DNA from: Zygophlyctis sp. KS116
Taxonomy: Eukaryota > Fungi > Chytridiomycota
Length of the DNA: 32,000 bases
NCBI GenBank assembly: GCA_054661495.1
Contig: BAAFSQ010000088.1
Location: 4,416-36,415, forward strand
Direction of reading: 5' to 3'
Part shown: piece after piece, positions 1 through 10,246 of the stretch
Position numbering within the stretch: the first letter of the stretch is position 1
Layout: every line of letters begins with the position of its first letter
Translations under genes and position numbers: made by a program
Notes under the pieces: model-generated
The model's input: only the letters and a program-made list of their open reading frames with translations
What the model was told of the DNA's origin: nothing
Databases searched by the model: none

Positions 1-179
1 TTGGGGATACTTTTTTTAATTGGTACATTTTGGCGAAAACGACAAAAGGAAAAAGATCCAGAGCTTCATAATAACTTTCCAGGACTAACAAATCCAGGAG
101 TAGATCATAATTATATGCATTCATAATGTATATTAATAATAATATTGTGCAACATTACTGATTTGCGAATTTTCAGAGA

Positions 180-1637
180 ATGATAAGAGTACTGATTATA
201 CTAGTTTTAGTTATCTGCATTGAATGCTTTATCCAGTAATTTATTCTTAATAATTATAGTATTCCTCTTGAGTTATCCGATCACAGTAAATCATTTAGCA
301 ATTTAAACAGGAAATCACTTATCAAACTCAACTCTAGGAAATCACATCATACATTTGCTCTGATCAGTCAGTTGGGGATCGGAACTCCACCGCAATCATT
401 TAAAGTTATCTTTGACACTGGTAGTTCTGATCTATGGGTGAGATCAGTTGATTGCAAATCTTTAAATTGTTTGGATAAGCCTGCATTCAACTCTTTTGCA
501 TCTTCATCATTTATTAGTCTGGAAGATAGGTCAGGATCTGCTACTTATTATGATGGATTTAATATCAATGGAACTTATGGTAAAGATTCTGTGGATCTAG
601 AAAATAATCTTCTGCTAGAAAATGTTTGTTTTATTGCTGCTTCTGGAATTCCCAATCATACAATTGATATGGATGGAATCGTTGGACTTGATCTTGACTC
701 TATAAACAGGACTAATTCATTTCTAGATATAGCTCGAAACCAAAAGAATGCTTCATCTGTATTTTCTTATTATATAGATTTATCTAATATGTCTGGAGGA
801 ATTACATTTGGAGCAATAGATATTGCGAGATATCACGGAGATTTGAGATGGATTTCTCTATCTCCAACTTTTGATGATTCTCATATTCCTCAATTTAAAG
901 TTTGGAGAGTAAAGTTGGTACAAATATTTATACAAGGAGATTCAATGGATATAAATCCTATATTTACAATATTTGATACAGGATCTTCATTATCATTTGT
1001 ACCTAAAAGTTTAGCAGCATCTATAAATCATAAATTAGGACTTTTTAGGATTGATACTGGACTACCAGGTATACACTATGGTATTCCATGTTTTGATGGT
1101 GAACTACCAGAAATCCCATCAATGATTTTTAGATTTGGTGATGTAGATTTATCAATTTCACCAAATACTATCATGTATTTACAATCCCACGATTCTCAAC
1201 TTTATTGCATGTCTGGACTAGTTGGAAATCATGGTGTTTTATCAAATCAAAATCAATCCAACACAATAATATTGGGAAATGTAATTCTTCGACAATTCTA
1301 TACTGTTTTTGATTATGGAGCAATGAAAATAGGAATATCTGATTCAAACCGACATTCTAACACGTCTTGTAAATTTATTATTGCAGATTCTACAGACTCT
1401 CCGATTGGTCTTTCTCCTCTTTCATTAATTAGAGACACCAATTTTTATGAATCTGTATCTGACACCGGCTACAAGACATTATATATTATTGCCATGACTG
1501 TATTGATCTTGTGCGTAGTATTTATTATTTCTAAAATTTTTATATTCTCAAGGATGGATAATGGATACTCTCTAAATCATACAAATAGTCTTGACACAAG
1601 TTTCAATCTGATAAGCAATGAATCTATGGATCATTAA
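180..1637 (+). CDS. Pepsin-family (A1) aspartic protease 1, signal peptide plus C-terminal TM helix
   Basis: ATG180 MIRVLIILVLVICIECFI signal. A 24-nt intron (236-259) joins in frame to ORF 372. Catalytic FDTGSS twice, DGIVGL, ILGNVILRQFYTVFD. Hydrophobic LYIIAMTVLILCVVFII followed by a polar tail. Confidence 0.92.
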
Positions 1638-1696
1638 AAAGATAGAATGTCCGGATCATGTATAAACGACCGTCGGATCACCTACTCCTGTAATAA

Positions 1697-2894
1697 ATGT
1701 CACTTTTGGTTGATAAATACCGACCGTTAACTCTTGACGCTTTAGATTACCATTCCCAAATCTCAAATTACTTGAGAAATTTAGTATGAGTCAATGTCTA
1801 ATTTTAGGCCGACGGAGGAGATTTGCCGCATTTGTTGGTCGTTGGTCCTTCCGGTGCAGGAAAGAAGACAAGAATTATGGCAACGCTCTCTCAGATATTC
1901 GGACATGGAGTTGAAAAAGTAAATTGTTAAATGACTGATGCAAGTTAAAAATGGAAACAAAAACATTTGTCACTCCATCAAACAAGAAGATTGATTTGAA
2001 TATTGTGTCTTCTAATTATCATTTGGAATTAACTCCAAGGTTTGACATTTTAATCTCATCATAGTGATGTAGGAATGTATGATCGAATTGTTATTCAGGA
2101 ATTAATAAAGGAAATTGCTCAAACTCAGCAAGTAGATTTCAATGCTAAAAAGTCATTTAAAGGTATAATCATTCCAAAGATTAATTCTAGTGGTTGTATT
2201 TAATGAAGCTGATTCATTATCAAAAGATGCACAGGCTGCATTACGTAGAACTATGGAGAAATATATGGGTAATTTGAGAATGATTTTATGTTGTACATCT
2301 TCATCAAAGATTATATCTCCCATTCGTTCAAGATGTTTACTTTTACGTGTTCCTGCTCCTTCAGACTCTGAAATGGCGGCTGTATTGTATAAAGTTGCAG
2401 ATTCTGAAAAATTTGATTTACCTGCAGGATTTGTAACTAGACTTGTAAAAGAGTCAATGGGAAATTTAAGAAAAGCTTTATTAATTTTAGAAGCATCTAG
2501 AGTTGCACAGTAAGACATTTTAAAGAAATTAAATTTTAATAGTTTTCCATTATCTGATGATACACCAATTTTAGCAACAGATTGGGAATCTTTCATTCAA
2601 GAAATTTCATTATCTATTCTTTCTGAACAATCTCCAGCCAGATTATTACAAATACGTGGTCAATTGTATGATTTACTTTCTCATTGTATTCCTGCAGATG
2701 TGATTTTAAAACAATTAACATTTTCACTCTTGAAAACCATGGATCAGCAAATTGTTGGAATGATTTTAGAAGCTTCTGCAGAGTATGATCATCGTCTTCG
2801 ACTAGGAAATAAGGATATTTTCCATTTAGAAGCTTTTGTTGCAAAGGTTATGTCAATTTATAAGCGTTTCTTAATGGAACTGGGTATGGCCTAG
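1697..2894 (+). CDS. RFC5: Replication factor C subunit (yeast Rfc5 / human RFC3 orthologue)
   Basis: Spliced model [75 protein letters not shown]. Introns 1784-1807, 1919-1944, 2040-2064, 2163-2190, 2510-2542. Confidence 0.95.
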
Positions 2895-2915
2895 GCCGAA
2901 AGTGAAGAATTTGAA

Positions 2916-4350
2916 ATGAGAATCTTGTTTTTACTTTTTGTTTTTGATCCATTGGTCAGAGGAGACTCTCCAATCTTTCAGTAATTATTTCTATTTAAAG
3001 GCTAGTCTCCCATTGCATAATAATCATTTGAAAGCGATGAGACCAATCAAAAGATCCGATTCACATCATCCGCTAAAGAGACAAACATTTGATCCATTAG
3101 TAGCCAAGGACTCTAAAAGTCTCTTTGTTTTCACTGGAACTCTTGATATCGGAACTCCAAAGCAAACGCTGGGAGTACTCTTTGACACTGGAAGTTACAA
3201 TTTGTGGGTCAGATCTATTGAATGTCGATCTCTGGAATGCTCAGGATTGCCAACATATAATCCATCAGCTTCGTCAACATTTGTAAACACTACAAAACCA
3301 GCTACAAGCATTAAATATGTTGATGGGACAACTGTACAGGGATATTTGGCATTTGAAAGTATTTCTTTGGGAACTATAAATAATCCAAAACAACAGTTTG
3401 AGGCTGCAACTGAAACTAATGATGATTCATCAGCGTATGATGGAATTTTGGGGTAATTTTATTTAAATTTTTTCTAATATTTAGTCTTGCTTTTCGTAAT
3501 ATTTTTACTTTTTTTTAATATTTTAGCTCCTACAACTAGTGATTTTACATTTTGGGATACAGCTATTAGATCAAAGGCTTCAAGTTCATATTGTTTTTCT
3601 TATTATATTGATTCTACAAATACTGCCGGAGGGATGACATTTGGTGGGATAGATACTGCTAGGTATAATGGAAATCTAAATTGGATTCCAATTGTGCCTA
3701 CTGCTACTTCATTCGGACAGCCTGTGTTTGTGTATTGGCAGATTAAATTGAATAGTTTGGATGTAGGCGGAATATCTATCCCATTTAATCCTACTGAAGC
3801 AGTAGTGGATACAGGCACTTCTTTAGCAATTTTCCCAATAGAGACTGCCCAAAAAATCAATAATAATTTAGGGCTTCAACAAATAGGTGCTGGATCTAAT
3901 GGTTTACAAATGTATGGTGTAAGATGCTCGAATGGAGAGATTCCTAAAAATCTTCCTGATGTGGTATTTAACTTTGACTATATCACAGTTTCTATCCCTG
4001 CATCCACGTATCTGTTTGTTCATCCAGATGATAGTGGTAGATTGGTTTGTATTTCAGGATTTGTTGGATCATCTCTTTCTTCAACAGCAGCTCCTATCCT
4101 CGGTAATGTGATATTACGACAATTTTATATGGTTTTTGATTATTCTGCCCGAAAGATTGGAATAGCAAATGCTGACCGATCTCCTTACTTGAATTCATCA
4201 TTTGTGGCTGCAGATTTCAGAAATTCTCCTGTTGGAACTGCTCCTGCTTCATTAAATGGAGGAATTAAATATAATGGGCGTAGTGGGGCATCTAAAGCAT
4301 CACATATAAACGTTTTTGTATTCATGGGTTTACTCTCAATGATGTTATAA
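2916..4350 (+). CDS. Pepsin-family aspartic protease 2, probably GPI-anchored
   Basis: ATG2916 signal MRILFLLFVF. Introns 2981-3005, 3453-3484, 3496-3526. FDTGSY and VDTGTS motifs; DGILGLAF is rebuilt via an 11-nt micro-exon. C-terminal S/G/A spacer plus hydrophobic tail. Confidence 0.92.
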
Positions 4351-4441
4351 TGTCTAAAATGGGATTTCAGTGTCTAAAATTCTATTAATACTCTCATGTG
4401 CGCGATGTCTAATTTTAGACCACTTAGTTTTAAATAAAAAC

Positions 4442-5851
4442 ATGCAGCTAATCTGCTGCTTAATTCTCATGTTTGTTCTACTTGCCGAGGAAGGATCTTT
4501 GGTAAACTGTGAGACCCAATCAAGTTTTAAGTAAGTGTACTTTCTTAAAATTAGTATCCCACTTGCCAATCAATTAATGTCTGATCATCAGTCAGACCTT
4601 TCAGGTTTGAGATTTGAGAGCACACATTTTCATTTTAATAAGCGGCAAGTGACTCGAAGCATCACTGGAAATACTCCCAGGAGCTTGTTTACTGTAAGAA
4701 TTATCAATGTATTAATTCTGTAGTATGTAGGAGTTTTGTCATTTGGAACTCCTGCTATTGATCAAACATTTTTATTTGATTCAGGAAGTACTAAAACATG
4801 GATAAAAAGTTCAAAATGCAAATGTGGAGGGAATTTCAGTACTAATGCGTCATCTTCATTAATTCTTTATACTCAATCAGCATCGGTATCATACCTTGAC
4901 GGGACAAGAGTTAGCGGTCAATTTGCTTCGGACATCGTATCTATAAACAATCTTACAGCTGAAAAGTTTACATTTTTTTTGGCTGAATCAATAGTAAATC
5001 CTTCTCAGCCAGATCCGGCAAGTAACTATGATGGGATATCTGGATTTGGATTTTCTTCGGACAATCCTTCATTATTTCAAAAGATCTTTCAAAATTATCC
5101 GTCGTTATCTCCAGTAATTTCATACTTTATCGATCGTTCTGAAACAAATGGCGGAATAACTATTGGCGGTATAGATATATCCAGGTTCAGTGGACCTCTA
5201 GCAGTTGAAAGTATTATCCCAGCGAGTAAAGAAAATTCTGAAACCTTTTCTTTAAAGCTGGATTCGATCTATGTTGACAAAAGCAGCATATCTCTTGATT
5301 CGGCCTCGACTAAAAGCGTACTTATTGACACCGGAACATCATTAACTTTGCTTCCGGATTCTGTTGCCAAGTTGGTTCATCAAAAATTAAACTTTCTTCC
5401 TCTGGGAAACGATTTCCCAGGATTTTATGGAATATATTGTCCCGAGCGCACTGTTCCATCACGATTACCCGTAGTTACAATCACAATGGGGAAAGTTAAA
5501 TTAAGGTTTACTCCTGATATATATACTTTCATAATAACCGACACTTTAAAAAACAATTCGTACTGTGTTTCTGGATTCCAAGCCCATTCTTCAGACCAAT
5601 TTATTATTGGTAATGTTTTATTAAGACGGTACTACACTGTTTTCGATATTGTTAACAAGCGAATTGGATTTGCAACATGTAACAGAAATCCAAACGTTAA
5701 ATCGACAATTGTTTCGCTAGATTTGACCAAATCAGTAAAGGGAATTGCAGATCCCAGCTCTGTTTTTGGCGAAACTTCAAGTGAATCCTTTGCACAAGAA
5801 ATTTATTTAAACCGATTTATAATAATTGGCCTTCTGCCATTGCTTTTTTAA
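4442..5851 (+). CDS. Pepsin-family aspartic protease 3, probably GPI-anchored
   Basis: ATG4442 MQLICCLILMFVLLA. Introns 4531-4554 and 4694-4723. KR at the end of the propeptide. FDSGST and IDTGTS motifs, IIGNVLLRRYYTVFD, hydrophobic C-terminus. Confidence 0.92.
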
Positions 5852-6012
5852 TAAAAATATAGAATGGATTTTCAATTTTACGATTTGAGAAATTTACAGC
5901 ATATTTACAAGAGTATGTCGGACAAACTCCTTTCAAGTAGTGGGACTATTGTCGGGATCATTACAAATCACAATTATCGTGGCGAGTGGCACCGATCGGT
6001 TCTTAAAATAAA

Positions 6013-6978
6013 ATGAATATTGCAGCAGAAACAAAACAGCTGCTACAGCAATACTATGGGCTCTCTGAAGGACTTCCGGAGCAAAGAATAAAGTCCAAAT
6101 GGATGCCGGAAAACAACTTTGGCTTCTTGCTCGGCATCATTGCCTATGGAGATGATACCCACATCACTCAACTTCACAGCTTGCTGCAAAACAATCAGTT
6201 CAAAGATCAGGAACAGTATTTTATTGGCTTTATGTTTGACTGGTACATTAGGCCTTTTCACAAGAGCTACAATAATTCAGAATCCTGTCGCACGCCCTCA
6301 ATAGTGTCTTTAACGACATCATCAACTGAAGAAAATGAGCTGGCTCATAAGGATCTGAAAACAGCTGTGAAAAAGAGGGATGATGTCTGTTTGTTTTGTT
6401 GGGACATATTGTCATTGGAAGGTGCTCATATTATTGCACAAAAGAACATTGCAATCCAGTATGATGAATCGTCAATTTTACATCGAGCTGGTCTTATTCA
6501 GAAACACCAAGTGCAGAATGGTTTGCTCTTGTGTATTAAGTGTCACAGTCAGTTTGACAAATTGAAGCGATATGTCGATGTCGTTGATGGCAAGCTGGTG
6601 GTAAGGATAGTTAACGAATCAAATGATTTGGGCAGTTATAAGCACAAAATGTGGTATCAAAGTTCCAGAAGATTAAAAGGAGAACGAGATTTCAGTGAAA
6701 AATATTGGATTCTTATTGACAACCGCAAAGCCGTTGAATCCAATAAGGAAATGGCCCTGTATTTCGTTGAAAATGATCAAACTATTCTGCCAAACAGAAA
6801 TGCATTAGAATTTCACAAGACGGCTTGTCTTATTTGGAGAATGGCAGGTGGTTCTGAACCGGACGAGGAATACTGTTCTGATGATTATTATGATGATGAT
6901 GATGATGAACAAGGTCCTGTAGATACGGCTGCTTTGAGGAAACGTTTCAAACTAGCACAAGATTATTATCAACTCTGA
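6013..6978 (+). CDS. HNH endonuclease-domain protein (HNH_2-like, Crinkler-effector-type nuclease domain), intronless
   Basis: 321-aa ORF with KRDDVCLFC..AHII..NGLLLCIKCHSQFD: two CxxC pairs plus the H-N-H residues. Acidic C-terminal tract. Confidence 0.8.
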   Translation: MNIAAETKQLLQQYYGLSEGLPEQRIKSKWMPENNFGFLLGIIAYGDDTHITQLHSLLQNNQFKDQEQYFIGFMFDWYIRPFHKSYNNSESCRTPSIVSLTTSSTEENELAHKDLKTAVKKRDDVCLFCWDILSLEGAHIIAQKNIAIQYDESSILHRAGLIQKHQVQNGLLLCIKCHSQFDKLKRYVDVVDGKLVVRIVNESNDLGSYKHKMWYQSSRRLKGERDFSEKYWILIDNRKAVESNKEMALYFVENDQTILPNRNALEFHKTACLIWRMAGGSEPDEEYCSDDYYDDDDDEQGPVDTAALRKRFKLAQDYYQL

Positions 6979-7090
6979 GTCCTGACATTGAAAAATCCAC
7001 AGGTCTAAATCAGGCTACTAATTTGATTTCAATTAATAATAAATGCCTTTGTTTTTAACCTTAATAGCAGAAATTTAATGATTTTAGCTT

Positions 7091-7121
7091 GTGCCGTTGA
7101 TGCCGTTTCATGAAACGCCGT
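7091..7121. promoter_or_regulatory. Candidate cis-element upstream of protease 4 (TGCCGTT repeats and palindrome CGTTTCATGAAACG)
   Basis: GC-rich repeat in an AT-rich intergenic region, immediately upstream of TATAAA. A near-identical inverted copy lies at 10191-10230. Confidence 0.5.
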
Positions 7122-7147
7122 GTCTATAAATAATTATTCTATAAATA

Positions 7148-8498
7148 ATGAATGCAATTATAACAGCCCTGATTGCATTCAATCTATTGATGATGCATTC
7201 ATCAGCCGAGGTAGAGATGTAATCTAATGCAATTATTAATATTTAGGATATCACTCTCAAATCCTGTGATGAGCAGAACTAAACTGCTAGTGGAGTTGTT
7301 ATTGAATAATACTTTTCAAAAAAGGCAGGCCCCAACTCTGATACAAGATAATGATCGTAATATCATATTTAGCTTTAGAGGGGAGGCAACTGTGGGAACT
7401 CCTGCTCAGTCTTTCAATGTATTGTTTGATACTGGAAGCTTTCAATTTTGGATTCAGTCCGGAAGTTGCATGAATTGTAGCGGAAATTTATTCGATCCTA
7501 GCAAGTCTTCAACATTTGTAGATCAAAATAGGCCTGCAAGACCAATCAGATATGTTGATGGAACAATGGTAAATAGTCAATTCATTTCGGAGACTGTTTC
7601 TGTTAACAATCGCTCCAAGCAAAATCTGATCATGAATTTGGCTACGAGCATGAATGGAGATAATAACATTGATGGAATAATGGGATTTGGTTTCAGCGCC
7701 AGGGCAGAATATCCCACTTTTATTTCTGAAATTTTCAAATCTGATCCATCACTCTCCCCAATATTTTCATATTTTATAGATAACAGTGATATATCAGGAG
7801 GTTTGATGATTGGTGGGATTGATAAGTCAAGATTTAGCGGTCCATTAGCGACTGAAACTATTCTACCTTTGGAAAAATCACCATATTGGGAACTTTCGAT
7901 GAACTCATTGCTGATAGGAGGGACCGAATTAGACATTCCACAAAATATGACTGCAATCTTTGATACCGGAAGCTCTCTTGCAGTCTATAGTAACTCAATG
8001 TCAGATAGCATCAATCAGAAGTTAGGACTTTCTCAAATACCAAAATATCCTACTGGATGGTATGGATTGCAATGTAAAAATGGTCAAATTCCTGCAGGAT
8101 TACCAGACTTGGTAATGACTTTTGGGGGTGTCAAATTAAAGTTTACTCCAAAGGAATATATTTACTTGACAGGGAATCAAAATGATATTTATTGTGTTTC
8201 TGGGATAATCGGAATTTCGAAACTACGTTCTGATCAGTCCATAATTGGTAATGTCCTACTCAGAAGATATTATACAGTTTTTGATACCAAAAATCGAAAA
8301 CTGGGATTTGCAACATGCAATCGACAGCCACTAACGGAATCAAAAGTCGCACAGTTCGATCTCTCTACAGAGATTGTTGGTATCGCTGATCCCAGTACAG
8401 TAAATGGTGAAACAAACAGCAGGAGCAACAATGCAAATGGTCAGTATAATTCACTCGTTATTCATCTATTATATGTTTTAGTAGTAAAATTTATTTAG
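7148..8498 (+). CDS. Pepsin-family aspartic protease 4, probably GPI-anchored
   Basis: ATG7148 MNAIITALIAFNLLMMHSSA signal. Intron 7219-7246. QKR site, FDTGSF and FDTGSS motifs, DGIMGFGF, hydrophobic tail. Confidence 0.92.
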
Positions 8499-8609
8499 AT
8501 GAAACGAGAATTTTTACAATGAGTTGGAGTAATACATGTTTCAAATCGAATCCTCGGTCCATGAAACGAGAAAATTTTCCTGGTCTTTTCAAACTCAAGG
8601 AATTTAAGA

Positions 8610-10094
8610 ATGATCGTCCTTATTTCATTTCTATTGTATTGCCCCATGCTATTGGATGCGTTGGAGTCAGACATTGGCGGATCATCCAACAAGATCTTTA
8701 GGTAATTTTTACCTTTAACCGTAGTATAAAATTAGAAAATCCAAAGTTACAGCGACATCTTGAGAGAATCGCTAGTTTGGTCAAGAAGATTCCAATAATG
8801 CCTCATAAGAAATTTCTTCCTGTGCATAAGCTTCAGGAAAAGCCCATAAAAATGTCAACAATCGGTAATATCGCCAAGAATGTACTCAAGCATTTGCATA
8901 AGAGAGTTATGGACAATCGTCTGATTGGAAATGACGAATTACATTTATTTACTGTAAGTCTCAAGGAATTTTCTAAAAATATAGTATCATGGGCTGATTC
9001 AGTTGGGGAATCCGGCTCAACAATTCAAAATTTTGTTTGATACAGGAAGTACAAGATTATGGATTAGAGGACCCGGACAATGCACCAGTCAAACTTGTCG
9101 TACATTCAATCCAGCAAATTCGAGAACCTTTTCTAATCTAAATGCGACTGCTCCGAGAATTCAATATGGTGACGGATCTTTTGTGGAAGGAAACTGGGTC
9201 AGTGACAGGGTCCAAGTAGCAGACACATGGGTGAACAGTTTCAAGTTTCAAATAGGAACAAATGTTTATGATACAGCTGATGAAGACGGGATTATGGGTC
9301 TGGGATTTTCTCAAATGCGGCTAGAGCCCACGTATTGGGAGACTTTGGTTAATAACAAGTTGGTAACTTCACCTGTTTTTTCTGTTTTTATCGATTCAAC
9401 CGAAACATCAGGGGCCATAACATTCGGAGGTGTGGATTTGGCAAGATATTCAGGGCCTTTAATATGGATTCCTGCAGTAGGAAGTATGAAAGGATCATTT
9501 TACTGGGGTTTGGAACTCAATAGCTTTTTTGTGGGCTCTACTTCTATTCCTTTAGAGGAATCAGAAAAACATCCCATAATTGATACTGGAACTTCACTTG
9601 GAATATTTCCCTCAGCGCTAGCAAAGAAAATTAATAATCAATTGGGCTTACAAAGAGTTAATATTGGAGGGACTGCTGATGATTATAGAGGATTCCCTTG
9701 CCCATCAGGCAAAGTTCCATTGGTCACTAATCTTCCAAATTTGATACTATCTTTTGGTACTGCACAACTAACATTTACTCCTCAAGAATATTTGTTTATC
9801 CAAACGGACAATACTGATCAGCCGGTCTGTATTTCTGGTATTGTTCCCGGATCTTCGAATATTTTCATATTAGGGAATGTTTTAATCCGTAGATACTATA
9901 TAGTATTTGATCAAAGCTCTCGCCAAATTGGGTTTGCCGTAGCAAATAGAACGCCAAGAGTTAATTCGCAATTTGTGGCAGCCAGTGCTACAAACTCACC
10001 GATTGGTCGGTCTCCTCCTGCCTCTATTCCTATGGTTGGATTAAAACCGCCTGTTCCCTTTGGGACTCCTGTTCCAATAGCAATACCTGGTTGA
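8610..10094 (+). CDS. Pepsin-family aspartic protease 5, secreted, Pro-rich tail
   Basis: ATG8610 MIVLISFLLYCPMLLDA. Introns 8702-8724 and 8954-8984. Basic propeptide ending HKR. FDTGST and IDTGTS motifs, YGDGS flap. Confidence 0.92.
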
Positions 10095-10190
10095 TATTCT
10101 TTGGAAGATAATCAAATAAAATTTAATTTCATGATATTTTTAGCAAACTCAGTTGCTGAAGGAAAGGTTATTTGGGTGGCGTCCGGAAAG

Positions 10191-10230
10191 GTGCCGTGTG
10201 AAACGGCATCTGCAACGGCATCTGCTGCCG
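10191..10230. promoter_or_regulatory. Candidate cis-element upstream of protease 6 (AACGGCATCTGC tandem repeat)
   Basis: TGAAACGGCATCTGCAACGGCATCTGC; its reverse complement matches the element at 7091. Confidence 0.5.
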
Positions 10231-10246
10231 CAAATACCTACCAAAA

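Noticed and set aside
1-28. Possible start of a divergent minus-strand gene (aaaATG, MYQLKKVSP)
   Set aside because: Only nine codons are visible, so it cannot be supported.
1781-2844. Minus-strand ORFs 1781-1966, 2153-2596 and 2614-2844
   Set aside because: Antisense shadows of the spliced RFC5 gene, with no motifs.
4778-4789. DSG instead of DTG in protease 3 as a sign of inactivity
   Set aside because: D[TS]G is the accepted catalytic motif, and the Asp is retained.
8495-8701. Short ORFs 8495-8692 (-) and 8519-8701 (+)
   Set aside because: They overlap the promoter and the signal-peptide exon of protease 5, which is in another frame.
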